This document shows, piece by piece, positions 50,452 to 64,000 of a stretch of 64,000 nt of DNA. The stretch covers positions 573,195 to 637,194 of the forward strand of contig NMRA01000044.1 in assembly GCA_002633005.1 (NCBI GenBank), read 5' to 3'. The notes under the pieces are model-generated. The model saw nothing but the letters and a program-made list of their open reading frames with translations, searched no databases and was not told the origin of the DNA. How positions within the stretch are numbered: the stretch's first letter is position 1; each line of letters opens with the position of its first letter. This DNA is from Phoronis australis. Its lineage: Eukaryota; Animalia; Phoronida. The translations under genes were made by a program, and so were the position numbers.

Positions 50452-51329
50452 CAGTGGCGGTTCTAGGATATCACAAGGGGGGGCCCAACATTTTGTCCGG
50501 CTGTAAGCATTTGCGCAAACCACGATTGTAGATGCGCATAGCACCGAATGGGGGGAGGTCGGGAAGGGGGTTTGCCCCCCTCCCGCCCAGGAGATTTTTC
50601 TGTTTTTTACTCTAAAAATCAAGCATTTTCCTTGATTTCTGATGTATTATCCAAGAAAAAAAGGCAGAAAAACACGGTGAACGTGTCACACAGGAAAAAC
50701 TGCGAGTTCCACAGACTCGTACTCACGACCTGGCTAGCAGGACGCGTGTTTTGACACTACACCACCACGCTTTCACTAATAACTTTAAACTAAGAGACCT
50801 ACTTGTTTATGGTCCACAGCGTTTGCGCGCGAAACATACTTCTTTTTGTAATGCTTATTACACGTTTTATATTTTGTGCAATCGGTTCTTAACAAATTTG
50901 TTGTATTTAAAATAGTCTTCAAATGCCCAAAAGACCGAATTTGTTTTTCGTGTTGGCAATAATGACGGGATTGCTTTGGAAATTGTGATTCACTAAGGCT
51001 TCGATTAAAATTCACATCTTACCAGCAGCTTCTGTTTTTTCATCGTCACTCAGGCTCCATTTTCTTTAAAAAATGAAGTAAATTTTCTTCATTGCACAGT
51101 GGAGCAGACGACGGAAACGGAGTCGTAGTGCGCAGCGCCACTGCCGGTCGCCTGGGATATCGCGGGAGAGCCTACATTTAGCCATAGTTCCGTTACGAAT
51201 GCGTCGTGTTCCGGATTTGACACTTGAAATTGGATCTGAGCCCCCCCCAAACACTAAAACTGCACACATTTAAAACTTTTTTTCATCCGTATAATTTTAA
51301 TTACCGCCCCCGCCCTAAATCCGCCTATG
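50452..51329. mobile_element. ~880-bp non-autonomous element with 5-bp TSD (TGAGT), hAT5-like
   Basis: Termini CAGTGGCGGTTCTAG / CTAAATCCGCCTATG; TGAGT on both sides. Confidence 0.8.
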
Positions 51330-53601
51330 TGAGTTACTAGCGCTAGAAACGTCTTCAGCTGATTTCCCGTGACCCTTACAGTCGGATTAGCTTATTTTTT
51401 TCTATAGACCTAGTGTTTGTTTAAATTCAGTACCGTACGAATCAACTCATAAACATAAGCACATTTATTAAATACCAAAAATGAATTTGTAACAATATTT
51501 AACAATAAATATTTTGTGTAATTAACACAGCTTTGTTCCAGGGGGAAAAGCCAAAGTCTGACTAACATTGATATATCACTTGCAAAACCCGAGTGTCAAA
51601 AACTTGCTGTCACTATTACAATATGCCAAAAGTACATTCTAACATACTTATGATNGGGGGTAACAGGAAAGTCACGCAAACAAGTGTAGCGTACAGTGTG
51701 TTTGCTGTTCATTCAAAATGTCTTCTCAAATGCAACCAAAAGGGGCTTTTAATCGCCGCACATCGTACTCTATATATCTAAATGGCGTGTTTTCCACAGT
51801 TTCTTCACGGATGATACGTATGCTTCTGAAGGTAGGCATGCTCATTAAAACCTAATGTCATTTTTTTTCTCTTTCAGTGTCTGAACCTGCTCTAAATAAA
51901 AAGGATAGGTTGTTAATATCACAAATACATGAAATAGTTGTAAAGTAATGAAGAACTAAGGGTTTTATCTGCAACGTGATTTTGTTAAAATAAACTCTTC
52001 TCCTAGTTCCCTTCTATGGCTTTTTAAACAAGAAATTGAGGTCATTTTCAGTATTGCACAGGAGGTGACTATTCTCTTGAATAATAGAATCAGTTCCAAT
52101 ATTGAGCGGTAGAGAGGTAGCCTACAATTGAATTGAAGAAGTCAAAATTTGGAAGGACCAGCACTGTTATTTTCTTTAGCGTCTCTTTTGACTTTGAAGT
52201 GTTGGAGACCAACAGATATTCAATGTTCGCAAGAAAATTGAATAGCACAATTTTTGTAAATTAATTTTTTTGTACTTTATACACAGTGAAGGCAATGCAG
52301 TTTTAGTATTATAATTTTTGCCTGCAAAAGAAAAACAATTATATAATAAGGTGAAATAAAACCACCAATTGAAACAAAATACCACAAAATTCGAAATCAG
52401 AGAACAGGAGAGGGAAAGACTGAAATACTTAAATTTTCCTCAAGTATTGATAGGTGTTCTGTCAGATGTTTTTTGTGGTTATCGGATAGCTTAACTGTAC
52501 TCAGATTGAATTGTAATGCATAGTTACTTAGGGAAATCCAGCATCACATTCCTTACTGATGTTTGTACAGAGTTAGTAAAACAGACAAACAAAAGCCACC
52601 TGCATCTTGCAACGCTGTCAAGACATCTTGACTGGCCATGTGGTGGCGATACAGGAAAGAAATTACCTCCTAGATATCTGTCTTTGCTATTTGTACCTGA
52701 ACGACACACAGTTGCGCTTGTGTTAGAAAGAACAACAATGCACAGTTTGTCACTTCTAACCATAGAGCATCCATTTATATTAATGCATAATAGTTTGTCG
52801 GAGTGAAACTTACACTTGTTGCTAGCAGACTGTGTTTCCGAAACGACAGCAAAGCCGATTATGACAGCACACACAAAATAGACATTTTTCATTTTTGTTT
52901 TCCCAGTTCCAATGAGTAAGCAACAGGGGGTGTGGGAAACTCCTGCCTTAACTTTACAATCGTTAAATGAAAATTGGCAACACAAATATACAGTGGAATT
53001 GATGTTTACAATGTCAAACAGGAAAAAAGATAACATATATAACATAAAGTGTTGTGTGTACATTTGTGAGAAAGGAATACAAAAACACCCTTTGCATACT
53101 ATTTTTCCAAAATAGGGTTTTTCAACCAATTTTGATATTGTAGAATTTTCTCTTAATTTATCTTACTTGAGAATTGATACAGGAAATCCTATAGCTTGAG
53201 CATCAACATATTGCACTTATAAAATTTCCACATTTAAAACAATCCAACGTTTAACAAGGGTAATTTCATCAATGGTGTGCACTGCTTTCCAAGAGGACCA
53301 GGGCTACTGCACTTCAGAGTGTACCAGGTGCTTGAAATAACAGCATCACCATGTTCAATGATTTATATTCATCATGACATATATTTACTAATGGCAAAAA
53401 CTTTGCCTCCGAATCAATATTCCGGGATGTCATGTCTTTGTCTTGTCTTATAAATCATGATACAGCACCATGTTTGTGTAAATTTTCTACGTGATGAAAA
53501 ACCAAAAAAAAAAATAAACAGCAGCAGTGACATTTTTGGAAAGTAGGCATCAACTGACATACAGTAACCTACATGAAGGTAAGTCAAANNNNNNNNNNNN
53601 N

Positions 53602-54314
53602 CACTACGACTCCGTTTCCGTCGTCTGCTCCACTGTGCAATGAAGAAAATTTACTTCATTTTTTAAAGAAAATGGAACCTGAGTGACGATGAAAAAACAG
53701 AAGCTGCTGGTAAGATGTGAATTTTAATCGAAGCCTTAGTGAATCACTCAGAAACTCGCAATACTCTCTTTGCCAAACCTTATCATAAGACGATTTCCAA
53801 AGCAATCCCGTCATTATTGCCAACACGAAAAACGGATCTGTCTTTTGGCATTTGAAGACTATTTTAAATACGACAAATTTGTTAAGAATCGATGGCACAA
53901 CATATAAAACGTGCAATAAGCATTACAAAAAGAAGTAGGTTTCGCGCGCAAACGCTATGGACCATAAACAAGTAGGTTTCTTAGTATGAGATTAGTAGTA
54001 AATCGTGGTGGTGTAGTGGTAACGCACGCGCGCACTATTCGCCAGGTCGTAAGTTAGAGTCTTTCAAACTTGCAGTTTTTCCTGTTTGACACTTTTTTCT
54101 TTTTTTCTTGCCCTTTTTTCTTGGACAATACTTCAGGAATCAAGGAAAATGCTTGATTTTTAGAGGTAAAAACAGAAAAATTTCCTGGGCGGGAGGGGGG
54201 CAAACCCCCCCATTCGGTGCTATGCGCATCTATAATCGTGGTTCAGTTTGCGCAAATGCTTACAGCCGGACAAAATGTTGTGCCCCCCTTTGTGATATCC
54301 TAGATCCGCCACTG
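53602..54314 (-). mobile_element. Inverted second copy of the 50452 element, truncated at an assembly gap
   Basis: Reverse complement of 50452-51130 with high similarity; it begins right after the N run at 53589-53601. Confidence 0.88.
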
Positions 54315-57300
54315 GGAACTATCCGATGATTTAAGGATGAACGGCAGTTGCCGATTTGTCACGATTTCATAACTTTCTGCCGTTCATACGTAACTCATCG
54401 GATAGTTCTTAGCGGGATCAAGTAGTTGCTCCGGACGGGCTTTTGGGGAAGATTCTTTTTCTGTCACAGCGAATTTCTTGCGAACTCGGGGAAGCAGGAC
54501 ACCGTAAATGGTAATGGGAGAAAGAATTCCTCTGGTTTGTTGAACGCCTGTTTTGTGTAAATTAATTGAGTTTCATGTTTGTTATGGACGGCTGAAGTGA
54601 AGCACCCGTAGAATTTCTAGTCCTGAGTGCCATACCTTGTAGTATTATATACTGTTTTGTGGATGATCAGAAGCTGAGGACGCCTTTGGTCGCAGTATTC
54701 GGGCCGAATCAACAACAACTTGTCAAGCCTAGTTCCAGAGCGTTTTGTAGCAAAATCTGATCGACTTGTATGGCTGGCATACGCAATTTATTTTGCATAA
54801 AACACAACAAGTCAGTTTGAAACTAAAAAAATTGCTTGAAATATGCGAAGTAAACACCAAAGCTTACGTTCGTTACTACACGAAACCATGACACCGGAAG
54901 TTATGACTCCTGCAAACGTAGTTTTGCGTGAGGCCGCGTGACTTCAGGGAGCTGCGAATCTCATAACGAGTATCTATTGTCAAATCAATCATTTTTCGTC
55001 GATTCTGTTCGACAACTCAATCGTTTTTCGTCAATTCTCTTGGCTGTTTAGTGAACTAGCTAAAATCTTCCTACTGAGGGCGAAGTCTGTCACCTCTAAA
55101 TCAAAGACGTTAACGAGACTAATCTCATTAGCCGCCGCCAATATTGTGGCATGGACAGAAGTGACACCTAGCGGGTGTGTGTGTGTGCTCTGAAGAAGTA
55201 CGCGAGACGTTGACTACCACGAGCCCTTTCGAAGTATTTATTGTGTAGCCCTACGCAATGATCTAACACTCAAAGAAAAAAACAAGCTCCCTACAAGCCC
55301 GGCATAAAAACTTGGCAGCTGATCGTCTTGTTAGTTTGTCAACAACTGAAAAATAGGTTCAAAAAAGGTTAATTACTGTACATTCGCACGCAGGTAATGT
55401 AGAGACATAAAGGAAATGTTTTCCGAACTACATAAAATATCTACATTTCAGTGTCATTGTCTTTTCGATATGAGCCGACAAAACCTCCCAGGCCCTAGCA
55501 GCTTGAGAATTTCAGCCAAAACATCCGGAATCTTGTCTGTGCACTGGCTAAAGTGACCGTTTAAGCAATGCGTGGGTTACAGGTTTACATTGCCTTATGT
55601 TAGCGATATTTTAAACCTCCTAGTATTTATTCTGGATATTTCCTGGGTTCCTTAAAGAGTTCCCATCATAATTTTCGTAGCTTTTGAGGTTTCAGTTAGC
55701 TAAATACGAAATGAAAACCATAAAGTAGATAAGCACTTTTGATGCCAAATAGTAGTGAATGCTTTCATTTTGAAGAAAAGTTACAGGGTAGTTATTTCCA
55801 AGTACTGATGTAATGGATGGAAAACGTTTGGTCACTTAGATTACTAGTTCTCTCTAGTAAAGGAAACAGTTTTAAATGTAACGATTCATTACTTGAAAAG
55901 AGATAAAAAGATGAAAACAACGATAATTGTGCATTGAACTTCTAACGTTTCCTGAAAAAAGTTAAATAACAAATATTTGATATTGTAGTTACCGAGGTAT
56001 CACTGCCTGAATTGCAGACGATGTAATATTTAGCAACTGAATTCTGAGACACTAGTGTCATACAATTAACAGTTTTGTTCCAGATGTTACGTTTTTACCT
56101 GATTGCATTTTGAGTTTTATTTATCCTGATGCAATTATATTACTTTAAGCTATTTTGGGAATGTTAAAAGATCGAACCAAGGAGTGTAGTACAATAGGAG
56201 CATGGTGTGCAGGAAATCCCACTCCGCCTTCTTGCCATTCGCTGCCATGGTTATCGGTCGAAAAACTGGCGCCCCATTCGGTGAATATGCAAAAGTAATT
56301 CAGCGGCGGGAGTCCGAGCCATGTAAATACCGATAAATTCATAACTTATTGACGTTCGACATTAAATAAAATTACTGGACGATTAAAATGGGTAAAATAC
56401 GAATGTTTACATTCACATGACAATAACATGTGTGTTTTAACCAATATTAAAGTGTAACAAACGGTAAGATTTTTTGCTGTCATTCTCCTGAAGCTCCCTT
56501 CAAATGCCATGGTTTTGGTTCATGTTTGAGTTTTTAATACGGCAAAATATTACTGTTCCTAATTATATTTGACACCTCCATGGACAACATGATTTTAGTG
56601 GTTGCTCCAGAAGTTTCAGGAAGTAATTGCACGAAGGTGCCAGGAAGGACGTATATGGAAGGAGTGCAAAACACGTAAAAACCAAAAGGTGTGGCACATG
56701 GGTGTTGAGCACCTCCCATGGTCACAAACTTTGGTTGCTAGATCCCCTTGACCATTGACAACACGTGCTGAGGTGGTGATAAGACTTGGCTCTCGTTTTG
56801 TGCCAGCCCCCAAGGATTTTTTGTAATGACCGGTATCCATACCCCTGTGGTCATGTAAGTACCATCCTGGGTATTTTCCAACTTTACATAACAAGGTGCT
56901 CCCCGCTCATTGCTCGTTACATCTCAACCCAATAATTTTGCACGTGTTCCCTGTTCAATGCACCAGGCTATTAGCAATGTAGACATCTATTTTGTGCAGT
57001 GTTACACCTGTAAGAAGAAGAAAGCAAGGCAATTCATCACTGCCACTACATTGTAATCCATTCTGATCCACTTTCACATATAATTTTAAAACATTCCATT
57101 ATTTCTTAGTGACATGCCAGTACAGGATAAACTCTCTACTCTCTGAAAAAAGACCTGGATGACAAGATCGAAATTTAATTTCATATACCCACTGTTTCTT
57201 TTATCAATAACACAAACTATTTCAGGTACGTTACAGCCTGAACACAAGATCATATCTGTTACCCAGCTACAACTGGGGCTTGTGTTAATCACAATCTCGA

Positions 57301-58039
57301 AAAACGTACAAAATAGGTGACACATACACAATGAAAATAAAAATAAAGTAAAAATAAAAATAAAAAAGTTGCCTAACAATTAATTCACTAGGAAGCAACA
57401 GGTAATTTCGCATAAGAAATGTGTTATCAATAAAGCTCAGGTGTTTGTCATCAAGAAAACAAACTGATTCTGAATCCTTAGTTCAACCCGGGCAAACCAA
57501 CATGACCTAAGCAAATAAGGCTGTTCTGAGAACATGGTAAAGAACACAAGAGTAGAGAAAATGGGTTTCATCCTCTACGCAGGAAACAGAACAAAAATCA
57601 CACAAACGCTCCTCATTACGAGTAAAAATGCCAAAATGGCCAGTTTCAACTTTCAGCGTCAAGACTCCATATCTAAATTGAGAATATATGGACTATTTTT
57701 TCTCTAGAAGTGCTAACTTTTATATAACATTCTGTGCGATAGTTTGCTTAAATAATTTAGCTTGGGCTTGATCAACATTTCAGCCCTTCATTTAAACTCT
57801 GAAAAATCCACCAGTTTCACTTTGGCACTTTCCAAATCACAAGCTAACCTTTCATAAAATGCTTCAATCTCATCAACCTTAGTAGAAACTTGAAAATAGT
57901 TTTTGACCAATTATCCTTTCTACATGTGATGTCCCAGTAAAATACTTTTTGTGAGACAATAAGCAGACATGCAAATAAGTCTATTCCAGAACCATAATAT
58001 ACATAATTTCCAGAGAACATTTTGACATTTTCATTTTTG

Positions 58040-58200
58040 GTTTACTCGGGACATCAAATATTGTTGGCACTGCACTTCATACCAGCTTGTTCTTCATACG
58101 AGCATTCATGAATATGGACTCGTCGAATTGACGAGAGCATAACTTGCAATTCTTAGACCAGTAGGTTGCATCTCTATTCAATGATCATAAGGTCGCTTTC
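58040..58200 (-). mobile_element. THAP-domain C-terminal remnant
   Basis: Minus strand: NCKLCSRQFDESIF..KNKLV*SAVPTIFDVP, matching the THAP motif LCSxHF...LxxxAVPTIF with the His lost and a stop. Confidence 0.75.
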
Positions 58201-58541
58201 ATCTAACAGAATTCAATGAGAGACCCAGGAACAAACCTTATGCTCACCAGGCTCCTACACTACACTACAGTAGCCCAGTCGTACTGAGCTGTCTTTGTGT
58301 CAACTAAAAACAGGGACTCAAATGTCAATCCAGGGATAATTTAGGGTGGCATCATTGGCGCATAGAAGTTTTCATTGATGCACTGGTGTTGCTTAACTTC
58401 GGCAAACTAGCGTAGATCTCTTCACCGAGACCCACAGATTCTCTAACTTGACTCATAGATTTGAGGCATTGTGGCTGTGGCTGTGGCCGTGTCACCGTCA
58501 TACTGAACCATGGCCAAGGGTAAGTTTTTCTAAAATTATCC

Positions 58542-59312
58542 CTTATTTATTTATTTATTTTATGCAATATTTACAATGAGGGTAGCCCCGTCAGTTCACA
58601 CTGCTTTCCATGGGGGCCCTCAGTAAAAACAAACAGACAGTGAGACAAACTAATAGAATTACAAAATGAAAGAAATATTTGAATAATAAGCAAAGAATAA
58701 GAAATTAACACGGAAAGACCGACGAAACAAAATAAAAAAATAAGATAAATAGAAGAAAAAGAAAGTAAGACAAGATAATTAACTAAAATATAAGTTTTAA
58801 TACAAATAATTAAAAACAGACAATAAATGATTAATAAAAGTAAGACATCATATAAATACACGCATTTATACACATGCACGCTTTCACACACATACTGCAC
58901 ATAAACACATACATACATAAACATACAAACATACATATATAAATACACACTAACATACATACATACATACATACGTACATACATAAAAGCAAACATACAC
59001 ATGAATACACAACTACATACACACACATACACATAATATGTACACGTGAATAAAAAATAGTTTGATATGGGGATAATTAATAAAAAATTGCTAAACAGAA
59101 CACATCTACATGAAGTTAAATATATTTCTTATAATTCCTTTAAAGGTTATCAAGGATGATTCAGATTTGGCATCTGCAAGGAGAGTGTTCTATAAATAAG
59201 GCCCGCTGTAGGAAAATGTTTTGTTCCCAGTTTCGTTTCTGGGTTTAGGAAGATTGAAATTTGATGATAACGAGGACCTAGTATTGTAGCGACTATTAGT
59301 CATCTTAAAGTC
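58542..59312 (-). mobile_element. 3' end of a CR1/L2-type LINE with (TAAA)n tail and an internal microsatellite
   Basis: (TTTA)n at about 58543-58563, a GC-rich 3' stem region (GAGGGTAGCCCCGTCAG..GGGGGCCCTC), and ORF2 tail PRNETGNKTFSYSGP on the minus strand. Confidence 0.7.
58858..59035. repeat. Degenerate (TACA)n/(CA)n microsatellite
   Basis: Seen directly in the sequence. Confidence 0.9.
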
Positions 59313-59315
59313 CTG

Positions 59316-59716
59316 GGCCCGGTCTCCAATCTTTTTACTCGAAATGGAACTCGACATTAGGTTTGGCATTTTCTATTCCACTTTTGGGCGAACTCAAGAT
59401 AAGTGTCTATTATTCTATGCACGAGTACACAATAACTTACGTAGATAATTTATTGCCCTTAGTTCACTGTTTGTAAACGCAATATTAAAGCAATAAGTTC
59501 GAGTTTGAACTCGAAATTTCGAGTTTTTACTCGAGTTTGTAGCACGAATATAAGGGTCTTCAAGGGCAAACTTGAACTAGAAACTCCTATGCATAAACTA
59601 TAATGTATTCGAGCACAGTCTGATAACCAATTATCTTAAGTTCGCACAAAAGGAGCAGAGAAATTGTCAAAAATAGTTTCGAGTTCGTTTCGAGTACAAA
59701 GATTAGAGACCGGGCC
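59316..59716. mobile_element. PIF/Harbinger-like MITE
   Basis: ~35-bp TIRs GGCCCGGTCTCCAATCTTTTTACTCGAAA / TTTCGAGTACAAAGATTAGAGACCGGGCC; flanks CTG and CCG. Confidence 0.8.
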
Positions 59717-62199
59717 CCGGTCTCACACGTTGTTAACCCTTATTACACGGTTAGAGGATGTTATAAGGATCCAAGAAGTACCTACCCCATAACTAATACA
59801 CGATCCGTACTCGAAAAAAGTTCAAATGAACGCGCCACTCACGATTCGCACCCGAATAACCACCGCTATTTTGAATTTACCGCGAACCCGGAAGTACATG
59901 TACAATTCATTCAGGAACCCAGGATAAGAAAACACCGTCAGTGTGAATTGACGAGTGCCTGTTACCAGCCTGAAAATGGGGATAAAACAATCGACAGTGC
60001 GCCTTAATTTTAATAAACAATTTTATCGAATTTGGTGAAGAAATGTAGCGAATGAATTTTGACAGAAGTTATTATGCCGGACTCGGGACCGCAGCCTATC
60101 GGACCAGACACTGGCGAACGGTAAAGGCATGTGGTTGCGAGCTGTTTTGTTGAAGTAAAAGTTCAAATCATGAATGCTGTATACATTCAAAGGTAGTTTC
60201 AGATACTTGCATAAAATTACGGGCTGGTTAGTCCTGTGTCACACTGCCGCGGCAGCCCTTAGCTAGCCTCAGGGCCAGCTACCAGTATGAAGACTAACTA
60301 CAGCTTGTTAGTAGGCCTATACAGATTTGCGTCAAGGCTACCCTTAGGCTTACCTGGTCGCTGGCCACAGCGCTCGCTCAAACGAGGTTTATTTAGAACT
60401 TGGGTACTTCTGGTGAACTGTGCAAAGTTGTTGGCTTTCAACAGATTTTCCCAGACTTTGTATGAGCGCACCAAGACTAAAAAATGGGGGTCTGGAATTT
60501 TTGTTAAATGGGTATCTTTTACTATAAGATTCACTGGATATGTTCAGAGCTATGAATTGCAGACGCTAAATTATGGTACTTCCTGTCTTTTGGTGGAATA
60601 TTGTCTCGTTTTCTACTTTTTTCGGAGCTCATGCTTCTCTGACTGAGGCAGATCTTTTTCCATTTCTCCAAATAGTGGGCTCTTTCGAGCACATAAGTAT
60701 GACAAGTCCAATACAAAATGTTATTATTTTTTGTTCATTAAGCCAAAGTGATTCAACCTTTTAAAATACATGTAATAAGTAACTTAAAATGCACAATACT
60801 TTACAACATTTAGCATTATAAACACTATTCAACAGCAAAAGTTTCCATGATATGAAAGTGGACATACATGTAACTATTACCATGGTGACCGAATACTGTT
60901 TCCTTACACCACAATTTGACAAGCACGATTAAAAAAATATGAAGTTGCAAGGAACAAGAATTATAGGCTTGAAGCTTCACAATCCAACATAGCTTATTTC
61001 TTAAATTAAGATTATTCATATTGTTGACTTGATAACCTGAATTAAGAAGCAATAAGTTACAAAACCTGAATTTAAAGCAATTGAGACTTAAAATTTAGAA
61101 AAATATCAATCATTTTGTGACACTTAATCAAGCCTTGAACAGCAGTTGACAGTCAAACAAAAAACCATTTCAAAATTATTTGAACTATTTTTTAGCTTAG
61201 TGCAATATGATCTGAATGGGGACATTCACAATAAAATAATTCTAATGTATCTCATATTTTGCACCAAAAACACGAAAAATTGAACAAAATTTCTGTTTTG
61301 TAGCAACATTTGTCAAAACGTATCAACGGTAAATCTTCACAAATTACAAAGTAACAGGTTGAACATGCCTTCCAGTTCAGCAAAAGTCGCCATGTTGTCG
61401 GTGCCGCCAGAAATGAGACGAAGACCAACGGGAATTGTGGCACATTTATCACTTAATGAGTAACAACTGCGAGGCTGAAATTAGGTGAACACCGTTGAAT
61501 CGTGCAGAATAGTAAGTACAGATATGTCTCACTAAATTTCACCATAAATTGTTCGCGAAAACAATTAACACAAAGTTTTAAACTCGTAACTTATCCCGCT
61601 GTCCTCCAATATGGCCGACGCTATCCAAACAAAGTGACCCAAATTTCGCCACTAAAATTGCTATAACTTTACAGTGCTTGCCCCGATTTTGATACTTTTT
61701 CGATTTTACTGAGCAGAATGCACTACCTTTCCGATGATAGCAAAGTACTTTTTCAAACCAGAAGAAAATCAAAACGAAAAAAATGGTTCGACTCACATTG
61801 GTTCCTACATGTAGGTTCGACCGCCCTACGTAAGAAACTAAACACCAATCCTATTTTAACATAATAAGTACGCGTAACATTCCAAAAAAACAACGACCAC
61901 TAACTACAAAGTATAAATACACTACATATGCAAACAAATCGAGATATTATTAATAATACAAAATAATGAAGACTTTTCGAGCAAGAGATAGCACATTCAG
62001 TTACAAGGAAAAAATGGCGGCGTTCAGGACAAGTTCTTGAACTGATGAGCCGGAAATGTGGGTACGGAAATAACCGATGACAGCCGGTAATTATACGCTC
62101 ACAGAGAAGGGTCAAATACTGCTTTTGGCAAGAAAGGCGAAAAGAATATAAAGAAAGGGTGTCGAAAATAATATTTTATTTAGTAAGTATTTTCGGATA

Positions 62200-63400
62200 C
62201 TGGAACCACATGGGCATTTTGAGACCAGGACTTTAAACTTAGCACTTAAGTATGTTGGGACAAGACGTTTAAAACATTTGTACATACAACAAGCAGATAA
62301 GAATTGATGTCTTTTGTGAATTTGTTCCAGTCTCCGTATGAAGGTTTTCAATGTTAATATCTCTAACACCAGCTCCCACAATAATCCGGGCAGCCCTATT
62401 TTGGATAACCTGGATGGTTTTCATATCCTGTCTAATGCAACGCCTCACACCGGGAGGCAATATTCTAGGTCAGGTTGAATGATAGCATTAAAAAGGATTT
62501 TCAGTGTTGCTCTGTTCACAAATTAACTGATGCGTTTCAATTCCGCAATTTTCTTAGACACCTTTTCGAGATATAATCAACGTGGTGAGAGAGATTTTTA
62601 TCATAAATTAGTCCCAGATATTTAAAGGAATACACGTTCTCAATTGGTCTTTCATCCATACTTAATGACAAGGTTTGGTTTCTAAGTCTTTGGGACGTGC
62701 CACATAGAAGAGTTTTAGTTTTTGACACATTGAAGGATAATTCATTGGATACAAGACAATCTGAACTGATTGCTAAATAACAGTTGAAATTGATCTGGAT
62801 TTCAGATGAGGTTCTGCCTGCGGACAGTATTGTACTGTCATCAGCATACCGAACAATCTTAGAATTTTGAATTACTGAGGGAAGATCATTGCCAAAGATG
62901 CAAAATTGTAAGGGCCCCAGTATTGACCCCTTGGGGAACACCTGTTTTAACAGATTTGAGATCAGAGATATCTTTGCCGACACGGGTAGCTTGAGTTCTG
63001 TTACCAAGATAATTCTGAAACCACGGCGATCCCATTGGCTCTAAGCTTCTTTAAGGTAGGTGGATACACAAAGAAATTAATTTTGACTGTTTTATACATT
63101 TTTATGTCATTCTAATCTTTAATTCTTGATGCAAAGTATACTGTAGAGAAATAAAATCATTCTGAAAATCCAAAGTTGTTTTTTAGCCTCAGTCAGTCAT
63201 ATGGCTTGAGTGCTCACCAGCTCAGTGTCTGACAACTGGGGCGGAGATTATACAAGGACACTAGCTCTAACCTAACCCTGTCAACAAATATTGCGTAACC
63301 GGGCAATCGAGAGTGCTGTACCAGCTCATGTTGTAGCAAGACCAAGAATAAAATAATTCTATTTTTGACCATGTGAAAGTTGGTAGTGAAATGGTGAACT
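62200..63400 (-). mobile_element. Degenerate CR1/L2-clade LINE (RT, plus a possible endonuclease fragment)
   Basis: PKGSILGPLQF, RYADD, FKYLG, VIQNRAARII; upstream LPGYAIFVDR is APE-like. Related to 43705-44883. Confidence 0.88.
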
Positions 63401-64000
63401 AGCTTCTGTTCCGAGCCTGAGCCTGTTTGTCTATCTGCAAAAAGTTGAGTACGCCAAGTCCTACCGAAGTCATCACTGCACTCAGCTTGAGGAGTCAGTG
63501 CAGAAATTGTGCGTGTACAAGAGAAGTCGGTAAGGTGAGGTGTCTTGCGAGAGGACGCTGAGCGTTGATGTGGGTGGTGTTGCATGATTCGGTGAGAGTG
63601 CATGCACGCGCTGTGAAGACACGCCGCGCGCGCGACACATGGATAATTACATGTCGTCTGCAGATAAACCGTGCTTCTGATAGTCGGTGGGCCAGATTTT
63701 GTAGGGCCTCTAGAAAATGGTTTTTGTGAGTACTTTAGGGGGGCAATTTTATTTTGGTGTTTTTTAGTTCATTTATTAGAGTGTTTTCAAAATCTAAAAA
63801 GTTCCCACATATAAAGTTGCACATTTTTGAGAAATTTGAGTTTGAAGTTACCTAATAATCACCAAAGAGCTTAGTAAACTTATATTTGTAAAAACAACAG
63901 TTTTGGTGACTTTTTTGTAAAACAAGTAATATGGTCCCATCAGTGCCATTGTATTGAACAATATTACACTCACATTACATGTTTTACTATTGTAAATTAA

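Noticed and set aside
56530-57330. Coding-like minus-strand segment (GYRSLQKILG, VVHGGV; possible integrase-core relic)
   Set aside because: Multiple stops and motifs too weak to assign without a profile search.
58571-59034. Hydrophobic 153-aa and 67-aa ORFs
   Set aside because: Translations of a (TACA)n microsatellite and an A-rich LINE 3' UTR.
1-64000. CRISPR array, rRNA or prokaryote-style operon/defence system
   Set aside because: No regularly spaced repeat-spacer array, rRNA-like sequence or dense intronless gene cluster is visible. The window is eukaryotic, intron-containing and repeat-rich.

Overview
AT-rich metazoan genomic DNA (GT-AG introns, repeat content typical of a marine invertebrate), with N gaps at 18144-18185 and 53589-53601 and single Ns at 553, 21092, 43024 and 51655. 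The only cellular gene I can support is a spliced acid ceramidase (ASAH1-like) locus on the + strand (736-9310; its first exon(s) are not in the window). Its 5' exons, including the catalytic Cys, are intact. Its 3' exons carry two in-frame stops, a frameshift and substitutions at active-site residues, so as assembled it is a pseudogene. Bases 1-552 repeat one of its exons and end at an N junction. The remaining ~54 kb is a mosaic of transposable-element relics: CR1/L2 and L1/Tx1 LINE fragments, a Gypsy (Mag-like) LTR element, Kolobok-, MULE-, Harbinger/ISL2EU-, Academ- and hAT5-like DNA elements, tRNA-like repeats and foldback elements. I found no intact novel multi-gene system. The most unusual structures are a LINE insertion with a perfect 129-bp target-site duplication, a four-layer nested transposon, tRNA-like Pol III cassettes enclosed in inverted-repeat elements, and octamer-rich tandem-repeat elements. 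All alignments were done by eye; no database searches were run.
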